DNA of 64,000 nucleotides from Actinomycetota bacterium (lineage in GTDB: Bacteria > Actinomycetota > CALGFH01 > JBBAAN01): contig JBBAAN010000002.1 of NCBI GenBank assembly GCA_041658225.1, positions 2,124 through 66,123 of the forward strand. The letters run 5' to 3'. Made by a program: the position numbers and the translations under genes. Positions 52,388 to 60,919 of this stretch are shown piece after piece. Under the pieces are notes generated by a model that was given only the letters and a program-made list of their open reading frames with translations, did not search any database and was not told the DNA's origin. How positions within the stretch are numbered: position 1 is the stretch's first letter; every line of letters starts with the position of its first letter.

Positions 52388-53629
52388 CTAGGCATCTCGG
52401 GCCGTTTCCCACGCCGGGTCTGTCGGTCTGGCGCTCGCCCACAGTGCCCCCGCCGGCGATCCCAGCAGCACCGCCAGCAGCGCGGGCAGTGCCGGGTAGT
52501 GCCAGTCGAAGTCGAAGCCGGCGTGCGCGAGCAGCACTCCGGCGCCCACCACAAGCCCCGACTCCATTCCCGGGAACCCCTTCCGTACCAGGCGCCACGC
52601 AACGAGCGCGCCGGCAGCCAGCACTCCCACAGCAGCCAAAGCCAGAGGGGTCCCCCCTTCGGCCGCGGCCTGCAGATACTCGTTGTGGGCATACCGGCTC
52701 TTGATCGGCCCGTGCTGGTAGGGCGCGGCTGCCTTGCCGTAGAGGCCCAGTCCGACTCCCAAGACGGGGTGATCGGCGAACACCTCTCCTGCCGCGCGCC
52801 ACCAGTCCAACCGGCCGAAAGCACTGGAGCCGGCGTCGTTGCCGCGCACCGCCAGACCCTGCGGACGGTCGGAGGGCGTCGACTTCTTGGCCAGTGCGAG
52901 CGCCCCCAGTCCGAGCAGGCCCACCAGCGCGACGACCAGCAGTTTGCGCGCCCACCCGCGCCCGATGGCCACCGCGGCAGCCACTCCGCCAACCACCGCC
53001 AGAGCCAGGCTGGCCCTCGACCCGGACAGGTAGGTCGCCGCGAGTAGTGCGCCCGCGGTCACACCGGCAAGCACCCGGCCGCGACCCGGCTGGGAAACCG
53101 CCCATGCTGTCCAGAGCACCACGCCCACCGCAACGAAGATCCCAAACTGGTTGCGCCAGTAGAAGTGACCGGTCATGAACCCGCCTCCGCCGCCACCTCC
53201 CCCACCCCACCAGGTGTACCAGGCCCAAGCGGCCTCCCAGACGATCGCGAGGCCCGCGACCGCGGCTAACAGCCGCGCCCTGCCTCGCCCAGCCTCCACG
53301 AGCGCGGCGACCCCCAGACCGGGAAGCGCCGCGAACACCCTCCACGAAAGCAGGGCCTCCTCTCCCCTTCCCGGGATGAGCGCAAGGCTGGCAGCCAGCG
53401 CTGCCGCCCCCCAGAGCAGCACCGCGAACCGGCCTGCCCGCGAGCGCCACGCTGGGATCAGCGACACGAGGCCAGCCAGAGCAGCCAGGATTGCCGCACA
53501 GGTCAGTGTCCAGCCGCCGCGCCCACCCCAATCGGAAGGCAGCACGAAGAGCGCGTAGGCGAAAGCCACCCACCGAAGACCCGTAGCCACGGGCTGGGCC
53601 GCCGAGAGCCCGGAAGCGCTTGGGGTCAC
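52388..53629 (-). CDS. Wzy_C / O-antigen ligase family polytopic membrane protein. Candidate pilin O-oligosaccharyltransferase (TfpO/PglL-like).
   Basis: About 12 TM helices; periplasmic-loop motif RYAHNEYLQAAAEGG matches the HNxYLxxxxExG signature of the O-antigen ligase family. The gene is translationally coupled (ATGA) to pilC and precedes pilA. Confidence 0.65.
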   Translation of the reverse strand: MTPSASGLSAAQPVATGLRWVAFAYALFVLPSDWGGRGGWTLTCAAILAALAGLVSLIPAWRSRAGRFAVLLWGAAALAASLALIPGRGEEALLSWRVFAALPGLGVAALVEAGRGRARLLAAVAGLAIVWEAAWAWYTWWGGGGGGGGGFMTGHFYWRNQFGIFVAVGVVLWTAWAVSQPGRGRVLAGVTAGALLAATYLSGSRASLALAVVGGVAAAVAIGRGWARKLLVVALVGLLGLGALALAKKSTPSDRPQGLAVRGNDAGSSAFGRLDWWRAAGEVFADHPVLGVGLGLYGKAAAPYQHGPIKSRYAHNEYLQAAAEGGTPLALAAVGVLAAGALVAWRLVRKGFPGMESGLVVGAGVLLAHAGFDFDWHYPALPALLAVLLGSPAGALWASARPTDPAWETARDA

Positions 53630-54843
53630 TGAATCAGCTTGATGATGTTGAACATCGGCAGGTACAGGGAAACGACCATCCCTCCCACCGCGCCGCCCAT
53701 GACCGCGATGAGCAACGGCTCGATCAACGACGTGAGGCTATCAACGGCCGCCGAGACCTCAGCGTCGTAGAAGTCGGCGATCTTGGACAGCATCGTGTCC
53801 AGGGCCCCCGTCTCCTCTCCCACCGCCATCATCTGCACGACCATCGGCGGGAACACCGGGTGCGCCTCGAGCGGCTTGGACAGACTCTCGCCGTGGCGCA
53901 CCGCCTCCTGGACGTCCTTGACCGCCTTGGCCACCACACCGTTGCCCACCGTATCGGCCACGATGTCCAGGCCCTGCAGGATCGGGACGCCGGACTTCAG
54001 CAGCGTGGAGAGGGTGCGCGAGAACCGCGACAGCGCGGTCTTCTGGAACAGCGAGCCGAAGACCGGCATCTTGAGCTTCATGACGTCCAGGGCGTACCGG
54101 CCTTTGGGTGTAGCCTTCCACCGGCGAAGCGCGAAACCGGTCCCGATGGCACCGCCGAGGACCAGCCACCAGAACTTCTTGAAGATGTCGCTCATCCCGA
54201 CGAGCACCCGCGTGGGCAGCGGCAACGTGCCGCCCAGGGTCGAGTAGAGGCTCTGGAACATCGGCACGACGAAGAGCAGCATCGCCGACAGGATCATGAT
54301 CACCATGCCGAACACGGCGACCGGGTAGGTCATCGCCGACTTGATCTTGCCCCGAAGTTCCACTTCCTTCTCGATGGTGTCGGCCAGACGCACCAAGACC
54401 TGGTCGAGGAAACCGCCGATTTCCCCCGCCTTGACCATCGCCACGTAGAGGTTGCTGAAGGCCTTGGGGTGCTTGCGCATCGCCTCCGAGAGGCTGGTTC
54501 CCTTCTCCACGTCGGTGCGCACCAGGCGCACGATCTCCGCCAGTTTGGGGTTCTCGGTCTGGTCCCCCAGGATCGAAAGGGCCCTCAGCAACGACAGGCC
54601 CGAGTTGATCATCGTGGCGAACTGACGCGAGAAGACCGCCACGTCCTTGAGCTTAATCCGGTTGCGGCCCGGAAGGTGCAGTTCCCTCTTGGCCGCGCCG
54701 GCCTTGACCGCCTCGATCGTCAGCGGCGCATATCCCAGCTCGCGAAGACGCAGGGCAACCGCGGACTGGGAGTCCGCCTCTACCGTGCCCGAGACCAGCT
54801 TGCCCTGCCGGTCACGCACCTTGTAGGCGAATGTCTCCGCCAT
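53626..54843 (-). CDS. pilC: Type IV pilus platform protein PilC (GspF family).
   Basis: Duplicated GspF domains; 405 aa; synteny pilB-pilT-pilC. Confidence 0.9.
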   Translation of the reverse strand: MAETFAYKVRDRQGKLVSGTVEADSQSAVALRLRELGYAPLTIEAVKAGAAKRELHLPGRNRIKLKDVAVFSRQFATMINSGLSLLRALSILGDQTENPKLAEIVRLVRTDVEKGTSLSEAMRKHPKAFSNLYVAMVKAGEIGGFLDQVLVRLADTIEKEVELRGKIKSAMTYPVAVFGMVIMILSAMLLFVVPMFQSLYSTLGGTLPLPTRVLVGMSDIFKKFWWLVLGGAIGTGFALRRWKATPKGRYALDVMKLKMPVFGSLFQKTALSRFSRTLSTLLKSGVPILQGLDIVADTVGNGVVAKAVKDVQEAVRHGESLSKPLEAHPVFPPMVVQMMAVGEETGALDTMLSKIADFYDAEVSAAVDSLTSLIEPLLIAVMGGAVGGMVVSLYLPMFNIIKLIQ

Positions 54844-54846
54844 GAC

Positions 54847-56481
54847 CTAGCCTCCCCTTCGCCCTGGGGCGGTCGCCCCACCGAGGAGCCGGCTCAGATC
54901 CTCCATGTGGTGACAGCGCTCGAAAGCTATCTCTCGGGTGACCTTGCCCGCGCGAACCAGCGTCGCCAGGTGCTGGTCCATGGTCTGCATCCCGTACTGG
55001 GCCCCCGCCTGGATGGAGGAGTAGATCTGGTGGGTCTTGCCCTCGCGGATCAGGTTGCGCACTGCCGGGGTGGCCACCAGCACCTCGACCGCCACCACGC
55101 GTGAGAGGACGTCGGTGGCCGGCAGCAACTGCTGGGAAACGATGCCCTGCAGCGAGGCCGCCAACTGCACCCGCACCTGCTGCTGTTGATGCGGCGGGAA
55201 GACGTCGATGACTCGGTCGATAGACTGCGGGGCGTCCTGGGTGTGCAGGGTCGCGAACACCAGGTGGCCGGTCTCGGCGGCGGTCAGGGCCACGGAGATC
55301 GTCTCCAGGTCGCGCATTTCCCCGACCAGGATCACGTCGGGGTCCTGGCGCAGCACGTGCTTCAGGGCGTTGGCAAAGGTCTTGGTATCGGCCCCGAGTT
55401 CCCGCTGGTTCACCATCGCCCTGTCGTGCGCGTGCATGAACTCGATGGGGTCCTCGATCGTCATGATGTGCACCGCACGCTCGTGGTTGACCACGTCGAT
55501 CACCGAGGCAAGCGTGGTGGACTTGCCCGAGCCGGTCGGCCCGGTGACGAGCACGAAGCCGCGCTGCATGTGCGCGAAGCTTCGAAGGATCGGCGGCAAC
55601 CCGAGCGCCTCGGGAGACTTGATCTCCATGGGGATCGCCCGGAACGCCGCCCCGATGGAATCGCGCTGGAAGTAGACGTTGACTCGGAAGCGCGACACGC
55701 CCGGCAGGCTGTAGGCGCAGTCAAGCTCCAACTCGTTCTCAAGGACCTCTCGCTGCTTCTGGGAGAGGATCGAGTAGACCACCTTGCGCAGCTCTCCCGG
55801 GTCCAGCGGTGGATGGGGATCCAGCCGGATGAGGTCTCCGTGCACTCGCACCACCGGGGGCGATCCGGCGGTGAAGTGCAGGTCCGACGCGCCCATCTCG
55901 ACCATCTCCTCGAGCAACTCGGCAAGATAGGTCGCCCGTGCGGTCTCATGGTCACTGCGCTTCATCCAGGCCGAGCGAGTCTGGCCGGGAACGGCCTCGG
56001 GCCGAGCCGGGGGACTCGGGGGAGAGGCCATCTCCACCGCGGCGGCGGACTCCACGGGGCCAAACGGCACGTCGATACGCGCGGGCATCACTATCTCCTC
56101 CACTACCTCCGGCGCCGCATCGGATACCACGAACACCTCGGACACTCCTGAGTCCGGCTCGTCCAGCGAGATCATGCTCACGGGATCCGGTTCACCGGAC
56201 ACCTCACCGGGCTCCGCGTCCTCAGCCTGCGCTTGCACCCCAACCTCGACTTCGGGCAACAGCACGCTCTCCTCCCCTTCCGCGACCTCAGCCGCCGGCT
56301 CCTCGCCCGCTTCGGGCTCAGCCGGAGCCTGCGGTTCAGGGAGCGCTTCAGGCTCGGCCGGAGCTTCAGGCTCAACCGGAGCCTGCGGTTCGTCGGCAAC
56401 AGGCTCAGGCGGCGCAGCCTCGGGCGCCGGGCCCTCCGGCCGGAACACCTCGCCCACGATCCACGGTTCCCGCTTCTTCAC
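54847..56481 (-). CDS. pilT: Twitching-motility retraction ATPase PilT with an N-terminal acidic Pro/Glu/Ala-rich extension of about 170 aa. Start assigned to GTG at 56481 after a GGAGG site; an alternative internal start is ATG 55965.
   Basis: C-terminal 372 aa are a canonical PilT: Walker A GPTGSGKST, Asp box, AIRNLIRE motif. The upstream in-frame region has no stop and the best SD (GGGAGGtggacGTG) precedes codon V52. Confidence 0.75.
   Translation of the reverse strand: MKKREPWIVGEVFRPEGPAPEAAPPEPVADEPQAPVEPEAPAEPEALPEPQAPAEPEAGEEPAAEVAEGEESVLLPEVEVGVQAQAEDAEPGEVSGEPDPVSMISLDEPDSGVSEVFVVSDAAPEVVEEIVMPARIDVPFGPVESAAAVEMASPPSPPARPEAVPGQTRSAWMKRSDHETARATYLAELLEEMVEMGASDLHFTAGSPPVVRVHGDLIRLDPHPPLDPGELRKVVYSILSQKQREVLENELELDCAYSLPGVSRFRVNVYFQRDSIGAAFRAIPMEIKSPEALGLPPILRSFAHMQRGFVLVTGPTGSGKSTTLASVIDVVNHERAVHIMTIEDPIEFMHAHDRAMVNQRELGADTKTFANALKHVLRQDPDVILVGEMRDLETISVALTAAETGHLVFATLHTQDAPQSIDRVIDVFPPHQQQQVRVQLAASLQGIVSQQLLPATDVLSRVVAVEVLVATPAVRNLIREGKTHQIYSSIQAGAQYGMQTMDQHLATLVRAGKVTREIAFERCHHMEDLSRLLGGATAPGRRGG
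56311..56400. repeat. Degenerate direct repeats (23-bp core ggctca[g/a]ccggagcctgcggttc at 56315 and 56369, partial copy at 56351) within the PilT N-terminal extension coding region.
   Basis: Seen directly; encodes EPQAPAEPEA-type repeats. Confidence 0.6.
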
Positions 56482-56569
56482 GTCCACCTCCCCACGCACC
56501 CGACAATACTCCGCCGAGGACGTCAAAGTGCCTATTCGGACCCCGGCCTCAAGGCCTTGAGCCTTCTCA

Positions 56570-58255
56570 CTAGATGACGACGCGCAAGATCTCCTCCAGG
56601 GAGGTCGACCCCCGGGCCACCTTGCCGAGCCCATCCTCCCTCAGCGTCGTCATTCCCTGCTCACGAGCCATCCTGGCAATCTCATCCGCTGAGCGTCGTT
56701 CCACGGTCAGTCGCTCGATGCCCTCACTCATGCGCATGATCTCGTGCAGACCCATCCGCCCGCGGTAGCCCGTGCGTCCACAGTATGCGCAGCCACCTGC
56801 CCGGTACAGCGTCGGCACCGGCTCGTCCTGCTTCCAGGGAAACCGCGCCTCGATGAGGCTGTCGGGGGTCGGCTCGTACACCTCCTTGCACTTCTCACAC
56901 AGGCGCCGGGCCAGCCGTTGGGCCAGCACACAGTCCAGCGCGGAGGTGACCAGGAACGGCTCGATGCCCATCTCGATGAGGCGCGTAATCGCCGAGGGAG
57001 CGTCGTTGGTGTGCAACGTCGACAGCACCAGGTGCCCGGTCAGGGATGCCTCGATGGCGATCATCGCCGTTTCCTGGTCTCGGATCTCGCCGATCAGCAC
57101 CACGTCCGGGTCCGATCGCAGGATCGAGCGCAGGGCCGAGGCAAACGTCAGGCCCGCCTTCGTGTTGGTCTGCACCTGGTTGATCCCCGGCAGCCGGTAC
57201 TCGATGGGATCCTCCACCGAGATGATGTTGCGGTCCGGGGAGTTGAGGATGTTCAGGGTCGCATACAGCGTGGTCGACTTGCCCGAGCCGGTGGGCCCGG
57301 TGACCAGGATCATTCCGTAGGGCTTCTTGAAGGAAACCTCGTAGCGGGCGAAGGCCTCCATCGAGAAACCGAGATCCTGGAGTTTGAGCAGCACCGAGGA
57401 CTTGTCCAGGATTCGCAGCACGACCTTCTCGCCGAACGCCGTGGGCAGGGTGGCCACGCGGAGGTCGATGCCCTTGCCGCCCACCACCAGGCTGATGCGC
57501 CCGTCTTGCGGGATGCGCCGCTCGGCGATGTTGATATCGGCCATGATCTTCAGCCGAGAGATCATGCCGGCCTGGATGCGCTTGGAGGGGCGCATCACCT
57601 CATGGAGAACGCCGTCGATGCGGTAGCGCACGCGCAGGTCGTGCTCTTGAGGCTCGATGTGGATGTCCGAGGCGCGCTCGGTCACGGCCTGGGAGATCAG
57701 CAGGTTGACCAGCCTGACGATCGGGGCTTCCTCGACGACCTCCCGCAACTTGACGATGCTATCGAGATCCTCGGATTCGTCGGTCGCCTTGGCGGCCGCG
57801 ATGTCCCCCGCCGAGGTGTCCATCCGCTTGAAGCGCTCGATGGCCTCGAGCACGTCCGATCGGGTGGCAACCACGACTTTGAGGTCCATCCCCGTGACCG
57901 TGCGGATGTCGTCCAGCGCAACCACGTTGGTCGGGTCACTCATCGCCACGACCAACCGCCCGTCGTCGGTGGCGATGGGAAGAGCCAGGTAGCGGCGAGC
58001 CAGCGCTTCACTGACGAGGGAGGCGGCGTTGGCGTCGATCTGGAACTCGCCAAGTTCGACGAACGACAGGCCCGTCTGTTTGGCCAGGGCGGCCACCAGG
58101 TCGGACTCGCTGACGTAGTTCAGATCGATCAGGACGCGACCCAGCGACTTGCCCAGCCGCTCCTGCTCCGCAAACGCATGCTCGAGCTTGTCCTCGCTGA
58201 GACAGCCCTCCTCGAGGAGGACGTCCGCCAGGCGCTGAGTCTTCCTGCTCGTCAT
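56570..58255 (-). CDS. pilB: Type IV pilus assembly ATPase PilB (GspE family).
   Basis: N1/N2 domains, Walker A GPTGSGKST, tetracysteine CEKCK...CAYCGRTG motif; 561 aa. Confidence 0.9.
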   Translation of the reverse strand: MTSRKTQRLADVLLEEGCLSEDKLEHAFAEQERLGKSLGRVLIDLNYVSESDLVAALAKQTGLSFVELGEFQIDANAASLVSEALARRYLALPIATDDGRLVVAMSDPTNVVALDDIRTVTGMDLKVVVATRSDVLEAIERFKRMDTSAGDIAAAKATDESEDLDSIVKLREVVEEAPIVRLVNLLISQAVTERASDIHIEPQEHDLRVRYRIDGVLHEVMRPSKRIQAGMISRLKIMADINIAERRIPQDGRISLVVGGKGIDLRVATLPTAFGEKVVLRILDKSSVLLKLQDLGFSMEAFARYEVSFKKPYGMILVTGPTGSGKSTTLYATLNILNSPDRNIISVEDPIEYRLPGINQVQTNTKAGLTFASALRSILRSDPDVVLIGEIRDQETAMIAIEASLTGHLVLSTLHTNDAPSAITRLIEMGIEPFLVTSALDCVLAQRLARRLCEKCKEVYEPTPDSLIEARFPWKQDEPVPTLYRAGGCAYCGRTGYRGRMGLHEIMRMSEGIERLTVERRSADEIARMAREQGMTTLREDGLGKVARGSTSLEEILRVVI

Positions 58256-58392
58256 GCCTTCCTCATGTTCCCAGATCCGTCGGGCTGGTGCCGCCTATCT
58301 CACTCACCGGCCGCTCCGAAGCCCGTCTGCACCCCCAAATGCCGCGCGTACGCCAACCCCCGACCGCCGGCGATCGGCGGCCGCTTCGTCGT

Positions 58393-59283
58393 CTATGGGA
58401 TTCGGCCCTCACGCTCATGAGCTTGAGCCGCGAGCGCTCGCAGGGCGGCTGCGCTCATCACCTCGAGAGACGGGGTCGAGCCGGTCCACAGCTCCAACGA
58501 CAGGCCAGCCTGTGCCAGCAGCAACCCCAAGCCGTTGTGGGTGACGGCCCCATGTGAGCGCGCCTCAGCAAGAAACGGCGTCTGGGCGGGTGAGTAGATG
58601 AGGTCGACGGCCATCTGCCCGGAGCCCAGCCGGCAGGCGTCCTCCGGCAACCGCTCGCCGCGCATCCCCAAGGGGGTCGCGTTCACGACGAGATCCGATC
58701 CCGAGACCTCCGACAGGTCGGCGTTCCAGCGAAGGAAGCCGGCCTCTGTAGCGCCGCATTCCCGGGCCAGGCCCACAACCGGCTCGGCCCTATCCGGCGA
58801 CCGGGCAACCACCAGCACCCGGCCCGCGCCCATGCGGCCCAGAGCCAGGGCGCATGCGCGGGCAGCGCCGCCCGAGCCCAGGATCGCCACCGTGCGCCCG
58901 GCCGCGTCGAACCCCGCCCCTTCCAGGAACCGCCTGAAGCCCGGAGCGTCGGTGTTGTGGCCCACGAAGCGGCCCCGGCCATCGGGCACGAGGGTGTTGA
59001 CCGCGCCGAGCATCTCGGCTTCCGGCGCCAGGGCGCCGCAGTGCGCCGGCGCCAGTTCCTTCAATGGCATGGTCAGGTTGGCCCCACCCGAGCCCAGCGC
59101 CTCGAGTCCGCGCATCGCCTGGCCCAGGTCTGCCGGCCGGACCGGGAACGCCACGTACACCCAGTCAAGCCCGAGCGCTTCCAGCGCCGCGTTGTGGATC
59201 GCCGGAGAAAGACTGTGCTCCACGGGCCAACCCAGCACCGCAACCACGCGCGTGCGCGCCGAGAGCCGCTCCGTGCCACTCAT
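58393..59283 (-). CDS. aroE: Shikimate dehydrogenase.
   Basis: Motifs VLGWPVEHSLSPAIHNAA and ILGSGGAARA; start at MSGTERLSARTRVVAVLG. Confidence 0.85.
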   Translation of the reverse strand: MSGTERLSARTRVVAVLGWPVEHSLSPAIHNAALEALGLDWVYVAFPVRPADLGQAMRGLEALGSGGANLTMPLKELAPAHCGALAPEAEMLGAVNTLVPDGRGRFVGHNTDAPGFRRFLEGAGFDAAGRTVAILGSGGAARACALALGRMGAGRVLVVARSPDRAEPVVGLARECGATEAGFLRWNADLSEVSGSDLVVNATPLGMRGERLPEDACRLGSGQMAVDLIYSPAQTPFLAEARSHGAVTHNGLGLLLAQAGLSLELWTGSTPSLEVMSAAALRALAAQAHEREGRIP

Positions 59284-59427
59284 CTTCGACTCCGTTCCCA
59301 GTACTCCCTCACCCGGCGACTCACGCCCCGAGTTCTTCGCCCGCCAAAGGCTCACCGGGGACTCTACCTGCTGTGGCCCGCCCCCGGGCGGCAATGCGAG
59401 CCCCCGAGGTCCCCCAGAGCGAGACGC

Positions 59428-60441
59428 TCACCACGAACTGCGCTCATAGCGTGCCTTCAACCGCAGGAACTCCTGATAGGAGTTGGTGAACGCGTGGCGC
59501 CCGGTTGAATCGGAGACCACATAGTAGAGCCAGTCCCCGGCCTCGGGAGCGAGCGAAGCGGAGAGGGAAGCCAGACCCGGCGATGCGATCGGGGTGGGAG
59601 GAAGCCCGGTGTGCAGGTAGGTGTTGTAGGGAGAAGCTATCTCCAAGTCCGAGTTCAGGAGCCGAGGCTTGGGGCTGGGCAGCAGGTACTGGATCGTGGC
59701 GTCGATCTGAAGGGGCATGCCCTTGCTCAGCCGGTTGTAGATCACCCGGGCGATCTTCCCCCGGTCCTCGGGGACCCTCGCCTCCCGCTCCACCAGGCTG
59801 GCCACCACAACGGCCTGGTAGCGGCTCACCTCCAACTGCTCGGCCGCCGCCCAGTCCAGGCCCTGGGTCTCGGCCTCGAACTGCCGGCTCATCGCCAGGA
59901 CCAGATCATGGGCGCTCTCATCGACCAGAACCCGGTAGGTCTTCGGAAAGAGCAACCCCTCCAGCGTCTTGACCCCGGCCGGCACAATGGCCGGCGCCTC
60001 GGCGGACAGCACCTCGGCAGTCGCCCGGCGGAAATCCGCCTCGGAGATGTGGGTACGTTTGCCCACGCGAGCCGCGATCTGGGCCAGGGTGAAGCCCTCC
60101 GGGATCGTGACCTCCTCGAAGAGCAGGACCGGTCCATTCCGAACGGTCTTCAGCGCCGCCAACACTCCCATGCCGGTGCGCATCTCGTACTCCCCCGCCT
60201 GGAGCGAACCGGCCAGACTGTGCAGCCGGGCGTACATCTGGAAAGCCAGGCTGCTGCGCACCACCCCCTGCCGGGCCAGCAGGTCGGCCACATCCCGGGC
60301 CGTTGCGCCTCTGGGGACCACGACGGTCACCGCATGTGAGGGGCCCTCGCCGCTGAGGGCCCAGGCCGCGCATCCGCCCGCGCCGCCAAGGCCCAGCGCC
60401 GCCACCAGACCCAGCGCCGCGAGCCTGCGCCGTAGGCTCAT
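59428..60441 (-). CDS. mltG: Endolytic murein transglycosylase MltG (YceG-like).
   Basis: N-terminal TM then YceG domain with GLPPTPIASPG motif. Confidence 0.85.
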   Translation of the reverse strand: MSLRRRLAALGLVAALGLGGAGGCAAWALSGEGPSHAVTVVVPRGATARDVADLLARQGVVRSSLAFQMYARLHSLAGSLQAGEYEMRTGMGVLAALKTVRNGPVLLFEEVTIPEGFTLAQIAARVGKRTHISEADFRRATAEVLSAEAPAIVPAGVKTLEGLLFPKTYRVLVDESAHDLVLAMSRQFEAETQGLDWAAAEQLEVSRYQAVVVASLVEREARVPEDRGKIARVIYNRLSKGMPLQIDATIQYLLPSPKPRLLNSDLEIASPYNTYLHTGLPPTPIASPGLASLSASLAPEAGDWLYYVVSDSTGRHAFTNSYQEFLRLKARYERSSW

Positions 60442-60854
60442 CTTCGCCTCGCGTCCAGATAGGACTGAAGTATCAGCGCCGCGGCCATCTGGTCCACCAC
60501 GCGCTTGCGCCGGGCGCGCCGCACACCGCCCGAAACCAGCACCCGCTGGGCCGCGGCCGTGGTCAGCCGCTCATCCCAGGTGTGGATGGGAATAGCCAGC
60601 TCACCCTCGATGGCCCCGAGCCATTCCCTGACCGCGCGCGCCGCCGGGCCCTCGGCCCCGGCAAGAGTGAAGGGAAGTCCCACCACGACCTCCTCCACCT
60701 CCTGCTCGGCGACGATGAGGCGCAATGCGGCCCCCTCGGTAGACACGTCGCTTCGCTCGATCATCCCGAACGGCTGACCGATGATTCCCAGCGGGTCGGA
60801 CAGCGCCACGCCGATCCGGCGGGAACCCAAGTCCAGAGCCATTATCCGGCCCAT
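60438..60854 (-). CDS. ruvX: Putative pre-16S rRNA nuclease / Holliday junction resolvase-like RuvX (YqgF).
   Basis: N-terminus MALDLGSRRIGVALSD; 138 aa; conserved alaS-ruvX-mltG-aroE synteny. Confidence 0.85.
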   Translation of the reverse strand: MGRIMALDLGSRRIGVALSDPLGIIGQPFGMIERSDVSTEGAALRLIVAEQEVEEVVVGLPFTLAGAEGPAARAVREWLGAIEGELAIPIHTWDERLTTAAAQRVLVSGGVRRARRKRVVDQMAAALILQSYLDARRR

Positions 60855-60919
60855 CGAGCGTCCTATGTCGCGAGCACCCGTTCCGGTGCGCCGAGCATGG
60901 CTTGCGGGGCCGCGATCAC

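Noticed and set aside
55965-56481. Alternative interpretation that the PilT N-terminal extension is just a spurious ORF extension and PilT starts at ATG 55965.
   Set aside because: Not fully rejected. The internal ATG lacks any ribosome-binding site, while GTG 56481 has GGGAGG at ideal spacing. Annotated with the longer form but flagged as uncertain.
58256-58392. Palindrome ccgccggcgatcggcgg between aroE and pilB considered as a terminator.
   Set aside because: No U-rich tract follows on the transcribed strand, and the loop/stem geometry is poor.
31100-58400. Possibility that the pilus/glycosylation island is a mobile genetic element or integrative element.
   Set aside because: No integrase, transposase, tRNA attachment site or flanking direct repeats detected, and GC content appears similar to flanks. 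Treated as a chromosomal island of unknown origin rather than annotated as mobile.
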